From contig NGBS01001218.1 in NCBI GenBank assembly GCA_002245135.1, positions 1 to 37,816 of the forward strand: a stretch of DNA of 37,816 nt, in the 5' to 3' direction. The notes below the pieces were generated by a model. That model was not told where the DNA came from. It worked only from the letters and a program-made list of their open reading frames with translations, and did not search any database. The stretch's first letter is position 1; each line of letters opens with the position of its first letter. Shown piece after piece: positions 11,933 through 23,033 of the stretch. Position numbers and translations under genes: made by a program. The stretch is from Proteromonas lacertae. Lineage: Eukaryota.

Positions 11933-12864
11933 TTATAAATACTTCCATTTACTATGATTAACTTTTCTGCTTCTATTTACATAGTAAGTAAAAGATTTAG
12001 GTATATGCAATGGATTTATATACCAATCAGAATGCATAACTGAATAAGGAGGAAGTGATATAAACATACTTCCATTAAATCTTTTAAAAATATTATTGCT
12101 TCTCCTTACTTGGAATATTGTGTCAACTGTAGCTTCTACCAATGAGTAGAATCTATTTTTCCAAAATATTTCGAAATGTGTTTTTGATACTATTTTATTT
12201 TGATCTTTAAAATGGTAATCTACAAGAGGGTAATAATTTGGTAAATTACTAACAACCATTGATGGACCTATTACATCTATCCCTTTACAATTATTAAGAA
12301 TATATATAAAATAATCCAATATATCTAGGGGAGTATATAACAAACACATATCTGGATCAGTAACAATATAGTATTTGCAAGAATGAATTTCAGTAATATT
12401 TTTAATTATATAAGGCAATTCATTATCTGCCATTTTCATCCAATCCAATGTTTTTAATTCTATATACTTTATCTTATTATTCCTAACTAAATTATGTAAA
12501 TATTTTTGAGTAGGAGCATATGTTGTAAAATGATCTAAAACTTACAAATCCAAGTTATATTCCTTTTTGAATAAAAATAGACTTTTCATTAAGACTTTTA
12601 ACGAATATAACCTATCTTTAGTTAAAATAAAAACAGGAATATATGATTTATATCTAAATTGCATATTTATAAAATTACATTTTAGTTTAGTGTATGTATT
12701 TCTATTGTGATTAAATAAATTATATTCCACTTCTTCATTATCTGAATGATCATTATTAATTTTCTTTTTATTATATAAATAATTAAACAAATTAAATAAA
12801 AGGCACATAAACACACAATTATAAAAGTCTTAATAATTAACATGTTTACATTCTTATAAAACAT
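11933..12864 (-). pseudogene. GT2/GT-A-like glycosyltransferase split over three ORFs
   Basis: Anchor (12682..12864), IPVFILTKDRLYSLKVLMKSL first beta-alpha unit (12542..12814), YYIVTDPDM DxD and VDTIF (11933..12448). Confidence 0.7.
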
Positions 12865-12868
12865 TCAA

Positions 12869-13894
12869 TTAATTATGTAAACTACAAGTTGTATTTAACT
12901 TATATGATGTGTTTATATAGTTTCTTTGTTTTATGAAGTGCAAAAAGGCAATTTCAGCTATTCTGAGTGAATGAATCATAAATGTAGTGTTTATATTGTA
13001 ATGGACTTTAGGAATATATTTATATGCTGCATATTTAAAAGATTCAAAACAGTCAAAAAAAGAAAAGTTTGCTTTTCTTGATAAAAGCCCAAATAACATA
13101 TCTTCTTCAAAGCTACATTTTATATTATATAGTTTTTTATCTATGTTACTAAGTAATTGATTTATTGATTTAGCTAAAAATATATATGACATTCCACTGG
13201 GATTTTTTTTTTTGTTATTATTTAAATTCCATATCTTACCAAGTACAAATGATATATTATGCTTCATTATTTTATTTATAGCTTTTTCTACTAACTCAAT
13301 ATTTAAATAAGTGTCAGTATCTTGTTTGATTATTATATCATAAAAATACTGATAATCTTTAACCCACATCAGAAAGTTATATGTTAACATACATAATTTA
13401 AAATAATCACAATAAAAATTAAACAATACAATATCTTTATACTTTTTCATTTCTTTATATAGTTGTTTATTGATGGTATTATTATTATGTAAACCAATAA
13501 AAAATAGTAGCTGTATATTATTATATGAATTGTATATTTTTCTAAATACATATCTGTGATAAAATAAAGATATATGACAATGAAGCGCTATTAGAATTTT
13601 TGACTTTTTTATTTTAAAAGAATGATTGTAAGTTGTTCTATTATGATAATAAATTAACGCACTATCTGTATTAATAATTTTTCTTTTAACATTATTATTA
13701 ATATATGTATATTTTCTACTGCATTTTATTGGAGCATTATCAAAACAACAAGCATTAATTAAAGATATTTCACTCATAAGCTTCATATCATCTGACAAAA
13801 CTAAATTGTTTATGAAGGTAATACATATATTATATGATATTATTATTATCATAATTACTAAATATAATAAGAAGTTTCTTTTTAATAATAACAT
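12869..13894 (-). CDS. GT31-like glycosyltransferase
   Basis: Type II anchor; LLFFIG, EMKKYKDIV..DYFKL, IIKQDTDTYLN, SGMSYIF, EEDMLFG. Confidence 0.85.
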   Translation of the reverse strand: MLLLKRNFLLYLVIMIIIISYNICITFINNLVLSDDMKLMSEISLINACCFDNAPIKCSRKYTYINNNVKRKIINTDSALIYYHNRTTYNHSFKIKKSKILIALHCHISLFYHRYVFRKIYNSYNNIQLLFFIGLHNNNTINKQLYKEMKKYKDIVLFNFYCDYFKLCMLTYNFLMWVKDYQYFYDIIIKQDTDTYLNIELVEKAINKIMKHNISFVLGKIWNLNNNKKKNPSGMSYIFLAKSINQLLSNIDKKLYNIKCSFEEDMLFGLLSRKANFSFFDCFESFKYAAYKYIPKVHYNINTTFMIHSLRIAEIAFLHFIKQRNYINTSYKLNTTCSLHN

Positions 13895-13936
13895 AAATTA
13901 CACATAAAAATTAGAAAAATTGAGAATGAAATTTAG

Positions 13937-14865
13937 ATGAATATAGTAAATATAATAATTACTCATTTTTTATTTACTATATTTATGGTTTATTTATTTA
14001 CTACAAAAAGCAACAATACCACAATAATTATCTATCTTGTATTTCCTAGTAATGGTAAAGGAGGTCCTAAATCTTTATCAACTTATATTCATAAAGCAGT
14101 AATAAAGTGGAATGAAGATAACAAACTATCAAAAACAACAAAACTATTTTATAAAGAATCAGTTAAAATAGATTTTATAAAAAGAATCACAAATAAGCAA
14201 AACACATTTGTATGGTTACAAACAGCTAGCTTTATTCATTTGTATAATAATCCTTCATATAATGGTATTTTTTCAAGAATAATATATGGTCCAAATGTTA
14301 CTCCATTAAATTGGTATAATTCAATAAATAATACATATGAAAAGTATATTTGGATATGCTTTACATTCTGTTAGAGTGAAAAAGCAAATAATGAAGAACA
14401 ATAAATGTAATTCATTTGATTATAAATACTTATATTTAAATATATGTAAAATATGCTGATAAAAATAAAAGAAATGAAGAAAATAGTTTAATAGAATATT
14501 TGAAACAGAAATATAGAATTGAAATTATTAAGTATGGTAATCATTCAAGAGAATCTATATTATCACTAGCTAATGAATCAAAATTTATTATTTATTTCTC
14601 ATTCTATGATACAGGTACACTTTCATTATTAGAAATGAAATCAATGGGAGCATGGCCGATATCTCATCAAAAAGAATTTATTGAGAAGGGATATGGAAGC
14701 TATGTTAAAGAATTGGATAGCGATATTTATAAATCATTTATAATGTTAGATAATATATATAGAACAATTTTTTCCCCTATATTGCTTGTAAATAATGTTT
14801 ATAATCGTTTAAATTGTTTAAAATTATTACAAAAATCAGTAAAATATATTAGAACTATGATATAG
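13937..14865 (+). pseudogene. GT-B fold (GT4-like) glycosyltransferase, interrupted
   Basis: Anchor, GKGGP, IIYGPN in ORF 13937..14374; FSFYDTGTLSLLEMKSMGAWP resembles the GT4 ExFGxxxxEAxxxGxP motif in ORF 14500..14865. Confidence 0.6.
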
Positions 14866-14872
14866 AAAAATT

Positions 14873-15728
14873 ATGACTTTATAAGAATATAGAAGGTATT
14901 ATTTCTAAATTCTTATTTTTTCTTATTTCTTATTATATATTAAACAGATTTATATACAATAATAAACGAAACAAATGTTCTCATTCAAACAAAGTATCAA
15001 TTAATCTACATGATTTGTTTATTTATAATTATTCAATTACATCCAATTATAATTCGTTTTCTGCAGTTATATTTTTTATAGTATCTTCTTCTCTGCATAT
15101 TAACAAAAGAAATATAATAAAGAAAACATGGGTAAATTCATGCTTACATGTTTCATGCAAATATTATTTTGTTATAGCTACTAAAGGATGTTATGAAAAT
15201 ATTAAAAAAGAAAATAATTATGATATTATTGGTATAGACATTATTGATAGTTATTATAATTTAACTATATTAACTAGTAACATATACAGATACTATATAT
15301 TATTTAACTTAAAATCAGATTTTATAATTAAAATAGATGATGATATATTCCCTAATATTCCTCTCATCTATTTGTACTCTTATTTATATATAAATAAGAA
15401 TATGATTTCCGGATACTATTATCCAAGCATGAAGGTAAATAGAAATATTAATTCTTCAGTATATTTACCTAAATCTTTGTACAAATTTAGTACATTTCCT
15501 AATTTTGTTGCTGGTGGGTTTGTTATTATTAATTCTAATTATATTATTCCCTTGTTTAAAGAATTAATGAAAGAAAGAAGAATATTATATAGAGAAGATA
15601 TGCATATGGCTATAATATATAATAAATTAAATATTAACTTTCAAAAAATTAATAAATATTATCATAGAAAACAGATTAAAATAATGTTAAGCAATAAAGT
15701 AAAAGATATATGTTGGCATGGATTTTAG
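14873..15728 (+). CDS. GT31 glycosyltransferase; start region appears damaged, so 5' coordinate is approximate
   Basis: RNIIKKTW, DII..DSYYNLT, FIIKIDDDIFPN, FPNFVAGGFVII, REDMHM, WHG; hydrophobic coding-like segment upstream of 15015. Confidence 0.85.
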
Positions 15729-15807
15729 TGTTTAAAAATTAATGAATTATCAATATTCATAGACTTAAATTATTATTTAATTTAGTAGTAGATTTAAAAT
15801 CATAGAT

Positions 15808-16145
15808 CTATATTATTAAACATTTTTTAAGATAATCAGTCAAAGTATCAGAAAAAGACAATGTCAAATGATTAGCGTCTTTATAAACAATAATTCCGTT
15901 TATTACAAATTGAATCTTTTTCTTTTTGTAAATATATTTATTCATATTGCAATATTTTACTTTTTGATTATATATAAATGGTATTAAAGTAATAGATGAA
16001 TTAATTCCATCTATTGCAAAACATTCTCTTTTTTCTGTAACAGAGTAAATACAATTTAAAGGATTGATATGTAATAAAGGAATATCATTTATTATAAATA
16101 TATGAGATGTATAATTAGATAATATATATAATAATAGTAAATAAA
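15808..16145 (-). pseudogene. C-terminal SGNH-domain fragment of an O-acyltransferase/esterase, 5'-truncated
   Basis: IVYKDANHLT (DxxH) near the C-terminus with preceding Cys residues; N-terminus replaced by unrelated GC-richer sequence at ~16146. Confidence 0.6.
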
Positions 16146-16240
16146 GGTTCTGGCACACCGAGCCGTATGACTCGGGCTCCTGGCACACCAAACCAAACTT
16201 TTTAAAAATACGTGACCTATGTCATATTAGGTCATATTTT
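16146..16240. mobile_element. Putative orphan transposon end
   Basis: CTGGCACACC twice, flanking a CCGAG..CTCGG inverted repeat; TGACCTA..TAGGTCA inverted repeat; abuts the truncated SGNH gene; no partner end seen. Confidence 0.4.
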
Positions 16241-16565
16241 ATTTTTGCATTTTCTAGAATATTCTAATATAATTTTATAGAATTTTCTTTCTATTTTTTT
16301 AAATCTAATTTACATATATTAATAAACAAACACCATTTCAATTAATGATATTAATTTAATTAATTATTTATTATATTTTAATTTTAATTATCAATCTTCT
16401 TCATCCACATCTACTACGTCAAGTTTGTTTTGTTTTAAAAGCATAATTAGCTGCTTTTTTTCATATTCTTCTTTTTCTCTTTCTTCTTTTCTTCTTTTAA
16501 CTTCTTCTTCATTATTTACTTTAGTAAAGAATCTGATTTTTTTGTTTTATTCTCTTCTTCACTTT

Positions 16566-17203
16566 TGTTGTGCGCCGTTTGTCATAGTTGGCCATTTGTC
16601 TATCAGACACTTTTAAAACTAATTAAATGTATATTCTTACTTGTCTTGATGAAAAATTGTTACTTTTATACTTACTTTGTTATATAACCTACCTCTGCAG
16701 AATACTTTTTTGTTAATATAAATAGTTTTAATATTTGCGCCGTTTGTTTTCTAGAAATTTTTAAAGCAAACTAAATGTATATTTAGTTAATATAGACTAA
16801 AATATATTAGATGAAATGATTAGAATATAATAATTATTAAATCTTTCTATATAAAAAAAGAAATGTAAAAAATAGGCTTGAGTGAGGCTTGATTCTATAT
16901 TTTCTTTTATTATTTTAAATGCTTTATGATCAACATTAAGTTGTTCTAAACATTTCAGCTAATATATTTTAGTCTATATTAACTAAATATGTATTTAGTT
17001 TGATTCATAAATTTCTAGAAAACAAACGGCGCAAATATTAAAACTATTTATATTAACAAAAAAGTATTCTGCAGAGGTAGGTCATATAACAAAGTAAGTA
17101 TAAAAGTAACAATTTTTCATCAAGACAAGTAAGAATATACATTTAGTTAGTTTTAAAAGTGTCTGATAGACAAATGGCCAACTATGACAAACGGCGCACA
17201 ACA
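16566..17203. mobile_element. Foldback/MITE element with ~250-bp TIRs and TGT..ACA termini
   Basis: TGTTGTGCGCCGTTTGTCATAGTTGGCC.. (16566 to ~16820) is the near-perfect reverse complement of ~16950-17203; spacer of ~130 bp; no TSD evident. Confidence 0.88.
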
Positions 17204-17649
17204 CATATGATATATTTCCTATTGAATAAAAAACATAGTTGTTTAAAACAAAGTATTTGTTAAGTTGATTGAAATGAATCATTCTTAATGTATACCATGT
17301 AGTTATATTAATTATTATAAATTTATATAGTATATGAATTTAGATTATTAAAATATACACTAATACCCTGAATTATATTAAAATATTTATGTAATATAAG
17401 ATTTGAATTCGATAACATTCCAAGAATATATTCATAAATCCTGCAAAAAATAATATAATAAGAAAATGAAACGTTATTTGATAAGTTAGCTGAAAATATA
17501 ACTATACTCGCTATGCAAGTAATATATAGTATATTCCTGTAATATAAAAAACAAGATAGGAGAATTGGATATATTACATATATTTGCTGCTGAAGAAATA
17601 TATACCAAAAATGTAAAACATACGATGGATTAAATTTTATAACTTTGCT

Positions 17650-17889
17650 AATATAGACTAAAATACATTAGCTGAAATGATTAGAATATAATAATGTTGA
17701 TCATAAGACATTTAAAATGAAAAAAGAAAATATAGAATCAAGCCTCACTCAAGCCTATTTTTTACATATCTTTTTTTATATAGAAAGATTTAATAATTCT
17801 TACATTCTAATCATTTCAGCTAATGTATTTATATTAACAAAAAAGTGTCTGGTAGACAAATGGCCAACTATGACAAACGACGCACTACA
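17650..17889. repeat. Internally deleted copy of the same MITE family
   Basis: Contains the inverted spacer (TAGAATCAAGCCTCACTCAAGCCTA) and the right end GACAAATGGCCAACTATGACAAACGACGCACTACA. Confidence 0.85.
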
Positions 17890-17899
17890 AGCTGGAAGC

Positions 17900-19600
17900 T
17901 TTTAAGGAATGTCATCAGTTCTCTTTTCGTTGCGTTGGTTATTCTAATCCAGTAGGTTTATCCTGATATGTAGTTCCACATTGTTAATAAGGTCTCATTC
18001 ATCGTTTATACTACATCCTTAATAGTCAACAACCTCACTGATAAAGCTGTTTACTTGATTCACAACCAGGTTGTTGAGGTTGTTGACTTTGCCTTGGACG
18101 TCTATCACTCTTGTCTGGCAGTCTCCTATCTTTCAATGTACTTCATTGACCTTGGTTAATTGAGCTGGTGAATAGAAGCTATTGACATTCCCGGTATTGA
18201 ATCCATCGATCTTGGTTCTGATAGCAGCTGCATTGTTGATAGCTGTATCGATCAGTCCTTTACGGGTATTGTTAAAGAAGCCATCCAAGTTCCTTCGGAG
18301 GTTGTCTTCTTCAGTCCTTCTAGCCACGCCGCAGGTTGCATTCACATCATTGATACTTAGAGAATGCACCTTGATCTTGATTGCATCGGTGTTGGCTAAG
18401 TCAGTGAGCTTCGTAAGGCTCTTATCATCCACCGTAGTGATGTACTTGATCATATCGTAGACGTTAACATCCCCGATGTTGAGACTCTCGCATAATGAAT
18501 TCAACAAGGTATTTAGACTATCCAATTTCTCATCCTCTGATCCCTTCAATTGATCGATTGAAGTGTTAGTGGATTCAAGGATATTGCTAACATCCTCCAT
18601 GCTCTTATACAACTCTGGTAATTGCTTCTCCGTGTACTGCTTAAGTTCATTGCTGCAAGTAGCGATATTGCTCAAGGATGTGATAGTCGTATCTCCGAAG
18701 TCTTCAGGGATCTTGTTGTTAAGCAAAGTATATAGATACATCTCTTATATCATAACCTGCCCTGGCCTTCAACAACTTTACCTACCTCCCGAGAAGTACC
18801 TTGCTTACTCTATCCACACGATGAACTTCAACTCCTTACGATTGCTAGCTGATGGATGTAGATGACTTTATCGGCGTTATGATGATTCTATTCCGATAAG
18901 ACTTATACGATGGTCAGAAGCCTCCTTTGAAGTTCACCTACTCTCCTTAGACTTCCAAGGATCTACTAATCGTCTCTCTATTCCAGATGCTCCTTTACCT
19001 TCATGGACTTCTCGGACGTGACAGACATTACCTATGATATGCTTCGTCTTCACTCTCGGTTCTAGCAGTCTACGATCACTGCTCTGGTAAGTACCTTAAT
19101 CATCTCTTGGCATCTCTTGAAGAGCTACTTGTGATCCTTACCGATACCTATCTCTTGAGCTGATGGTAACCCTTTCAAGTGACAACTCCTTCTAGTTCTT
19201 GTTCATCGTAGTTGTTGATCCTCGGTAATGTCCTAGCCTTCAATCAGATCACTACTAGTCTCAGTAATGTTGTTGTTGAAGTCAGTGGCTTTATCTATCT
19301 ATTGAGAAGCACCTTACGATCGATAGCTAATAGACTCTTGGACATCTATGCCGGTGTTGTTACTTGAGGAGTATACGATATCTCGGGTCTACTGACTTAC
19401 TTACTTACTTACTTGTGATGATTCCTAGCATCACAAGTAAGGACTACTCAGGTAAAGGATTATCGATCACACTTCCTATAGTCTGTATTGCAACTCTTTA
19501 TGTACCTACAACTACTTCACGATCTTCAGAGTCATTGATCCAAGGTTGCTATCTCGGGGTTGTTGATGTCCTTGCTATTATTGTCATCTCCGAGACTCCT
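17900..19600 (-). pseudogene. Heavily decayed large virus-like gene(s), possibly fibre/coiled-coil; longest open piece is 18133..18741
   Basis: GC-richer composition like polB; 202-aa helical heptad-like fragment; many stops, frameshifts and an (ACTT)n expansion. Confidence 0.45.
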
Positions 19601-19708
19601 TTAGTTTATTGAATTGATTACTTACCATGTCCTTGGGTTGATCATCTCCGTAAGGCTCCTTGAATTGATTATTTCTATTGTCCTCGACTATCCCAAGGTA
19701 ACATTTTG

Positions 19709-20171
19709 CTAAGTACCGACAGAGTTGTTAGAGTTGAAGATGCGTCTATTGCTGAGGTTATTGATGATTACTTTGCTGAGCGAGGAGTAGTAGTAAGTTC
19801 TATCTCTCGGGAGTTCATTGAGTTGTACTATCTGAAGCGTCTTGAGGGTACGTCTTCTCCTTGATAATAACCTATTCTGTTCTCGGCAGTCCCGACATGA
19901 CGATGAGTAATAACCTTCCTTAGGCATTTGAAATTCCTCCAAGGGCTTATCATGCTTACAAGTACGGCATACTACTTCCTTTTACTGTAGCTTCTCCATT
20001 CACTTTAAGTTGTTTCCATTGAACGGACTGCTTCCTATAATATCGCTCCATTGCCTGGTTGTTCTTGGCCCGGCATGATGGACATTGCTTATAACATCCT
20101 TTACCTCTATCCTTTGGGGTTGGGATCATAGGCTTCTTATACTTACTACAAATGGCTTCGGTATCATCCAT
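19709..20171 (-). pseudogene. Tandem zinc-ribbon protein with one frameshift
   Basis: Joining the frames at ~19980 gives CSKY..CPSCR then CRTCKHDKPLEEF..SSSCRDCR (CxxC..K...F..CxxC), a type common in DNA-virus proteins. Confidence 0.65.
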
Positions 20172-20229
20172 TGAATAACTACTTCCTTGTCGGCGTTGAA
20201 GCTTATCCAACTTCCCTGTGTTAGTCGAT

Positions 20230-21680
20230 CAGAGCTATCTTGGTTGCTCCCGTCCTTGTCATCATGGTGATCTCCTCGGTGAGCTCCTGGACAATGTAAT
20301 TAAACTTTACCTAGATGAGTTATAAAGACAATGAAGCATACCTAAGCAATGATCCCGTGGATGTTCCTTGGCTTTGTAATGAAGTCTCTTGATAGAAGTT
20401 CCATGGGAGGTTCCTTCTTGAGTTACAACTCAAGGAGGAACATCCCTTCCTTGCTAGGATAGATGATAGTTGAATGTTACCTAGTTGATTAACAAGGACG
20501 ATAAGACTTACCTTTATAAGGCTTCCGAGATTGATAACAATGATCTTCAAGGACCCTTGAGAAATTGAAGCCTACTGAAGTGATAACTAAGTTGTTGATT
20601 GTTTAAAGAGGTTCTGATAATGGTCCTTTAACTGAATGAAGATCTCCTGGTCTTGTTGTTGATCAAAGTGTAGTACCTCCCCTGATACAATCACCATTCA
20701 TGACTACGTCCGAGAGAACTCCTCCTTACGGCTATGCCTTCAGGAGGACTTCTCCCGTCCTTGTCATCATGGTGATCTCCTCGGTGAGCTCCTGGACAAT
20801 GTAATTAAACTTTACCTAGATGAGTTATAAAGACAATGAAGCATACCTTCAGAAGCATCCTGAGATTGCTCTTATCTATTCTCAAGTATCCTTGTAAGTA
20901 TTAATGATAAACTGCTAAGCTTAAATCATTTTCATTAGTTTACCTAGTTGAATTATAAAGCCATTGTAACTTACCTCTAGGAAGCTCCCGAGAATGCTTA
21001 CGATGATCTTCAAGGCCTTGAGAAAATCCAGTACTAACCAGAACTTCCAGTTGTAAAGTCACTGATTAATAGAAGTACCATTAAGGCACCTTCCCAGATA
21101 CGTCCAGCCGTGCATGACTACGTCAGGAATCTCCCATGTTGGGAGATTCCTTCCTTGCCAACACGGCTGTTCTTCTCGGGAAGGTCGTGGATGAACTTAT
21201 CTAGGAGAGTTATAAGGATGATAAACTTACCCTTTAGAAACAAACTGAGATTGCTCTTATTGATTCTCAAGTATCCTTGTAAGTATTAATGATAAACTGC
21301 TAAGCTTAAATCATTTTCATTAGTTTACCTAGTTGAATTATAAAGCCATTGTAACTTACCTCTAGGAAGCTCCCGAGAATGCTTACGATGATCTTCAAGG
21401 CCTTGAGAAAATCCAGTACTAACCAGAACCTCCAGTTGTAAAGTCACTGATTAATAGAAGTACCATTAAGGCACCTTCCCAGATGCGTCCAGCCGTGCAT
21501 GACTACGTCAGGAATCTCCCATGTTGGGAGATTCCTTCCTTGCCAACACGGCTGTTCTTCTCGGGAAGGTCTTGGATGAACTTACCTAGGAGAGTTATAA
21601 GGATGATAAAACATACCTTCAGAAGCCTTCCGAGATTGCTAATCATTATCTTCAAGGGCCTTGAGAAATCCACAACTAGC
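20230..21680. repeat. Modular subterminal repeat array: 7 copies of a TTA(C/T)CTAG-initiated unit, plus a 385-bp tandem duplication
   Basis: Unit starts at 20307, 20477, 20812, 20940, 21197, 21325, 21582; ~20860-21244 is repeated at ~21245-21629; a ~95-bp near-exact repeat at ~20248 and ~20753. Confidence 0.9.
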
Positions 21681-21990
21681 TAGAACCTCCCGTAGTTACC
21701 ATTTGGTAACTTGTTACCAATTGTAAACTCCCGGTTCCACGATTGGTTTCCACGGTTCAATTAAAAGCCCTTACAAGATCACCAGCGTAGCAAGGAGAGT
21801 CAAGAGCGTGATTAGATTCATCACCTCGAGGTAACCAACACTTCTAGATAGCTTCCAGGAGTACCCGTAGGAGATCGTCTCATAGATATGTATAGGTAGG
21901 TATAGAAATAGCTTAGAGGAGTTCCCGTAGGGAAATAGACCCCGTTGAGAAGTAGACCCTGTTGGGAGGAATCCCGTAGGAACCTTACGT

Positions 21991-22190
21991 AAACGGGACT
22001 ATGGTACAATGTGCCAGAGTTCTAACGAGTGTTCTAGGAGTCCGTCCCCTTCTAGATTCAGAGTTGACCTTTACGGGAGCTTCATCGATGCAATCGATGC
22101 AGCTCCCTTAAAAGTCAACTCTGAATCTAGAAGGGGACGGACCCCTAGAACACTCGTTAGAACTCTGTGAAAGTGTCCCAGGGTCCCATT
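21991..22190. repeat. ~200-bp imperfect palindrome (hairpin-terminus-like) at the boundary of GC-richer and AT-rich DNA
   Basis: Core 22015-22167: CAGAGTTCTAACGAGTGTTCTAGGAGTCCGTCCCCTTCTAGATTCAGAGTTGAC pairs with GTCAACTCTGAATCTAGAAGGGGACGGACCCCTAGAACACTCGTTAGAACTCTG; centre CATCGATGCAATCGATG. Confidence 0.95.
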
Positions 22191-22387
22191 TATATACTAT
22201 ATAATAATATAATATAATATATATATATATAGAATTTACATTTTAGAAATTAGAATAATAATTATAATACTAATTGAATATACATTTTTTTTTGAGTTTT
22301 TCTTGAAGATCAGTTGATATAGGAATGACTTCCACTGCCGATGAATTAGTCAATCTTATTTCGTTATCTTTATTACTATGTTAAATA

Positions 22388-22759
22388 TTAATATACAAAT
22401 ATATACACTGCATATAATGAATCATTATTTTTGTTCTTTTTGATTATTCTGAGCTCATTTTTATCTTTTTGATTTTTTATTTTCTTAGTAAAAACAATTG
22501 CATTGCCATGCTGGGGGTTTGATACTTTTTCACTCAATTTTTTAATCGAATTCATTACCATCTTACTCTTTTTTTTCTCTATTCTAATATTAACAGATTG
22601 TTTGATATTATCTATTACTGACTTATTCCTATTAATATCTTTATTTATTTTTTCATCATTTATTTCTTCATTGTCAATGTTATAACCATAATCTACAATA
22701 TTATTACTTATATTGTAAAATAATTTTGGCTTTTCTTTTTGTAGTTCTTTTACATCCAT
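22388..22759 (-). CDS. Hypothetical K/N-rich host gene fragment
   Basis: 123-aa ORF, low complexity, no motif. Confidence 0.3.
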   Translation of the reverse strand: MDVKELQKEKPKLFYNISNNIVDYGYNIDNEEINDEKINKDINRNKSVIDNIKQSVNIRIEKKKSKMVMNSIKKLSEKVSNPQHGNAIVFTKKIKNQKDKNELRIIKKNKNNDSLYAVYIFVY

Positions 22760-23033
22760 AAAAGAAAGACTTCTTGGCTTGCAATGTGTTGTTGTAGAAA
22801 TCGAAGTATTTATATCTTCAATTATATTTTCTATAAATTCTGTCCATTCATGACTTGATTATAACGTTCAGCCTTACCATTTGTTTGAGAATGGTAAGGC
22901 GAGCTTGTAACTATGTTTGAGATTATATATTGACAAACTCATGTCCGTTATCAGATTGAATAATTGATGGGGCACTGAAAATTCATATATAACTTTTAAT
23001 ATTTTCTGCTGTTTCTTTAGCACATTTTGTCTT

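Noticed and set aside
16425..17905. Short ORFs 16425..16616, 17082..17282 and 17717..17905
   Set aside because: They overlap MITE repeats or antisense low-complexity sequence
21085..21160. Hammerhead ribozyme in the array hairpins
   Set aside because: No CUGANGA..GAAA core with the required stems found by eye on either strand
20230..21680. CRISPR array
   Set aside because: Repeats are long and degenerate, spacing is irregular (128-335 bp), spacers are duplicated, no cas genes, eukaryotic context
20320..22009. Short ORFs 20320..20550, 21483..21683 and 21821..22009
   Set aside because: They fall within the repeat array or terminus, and their frames are not preserved between repeat copies
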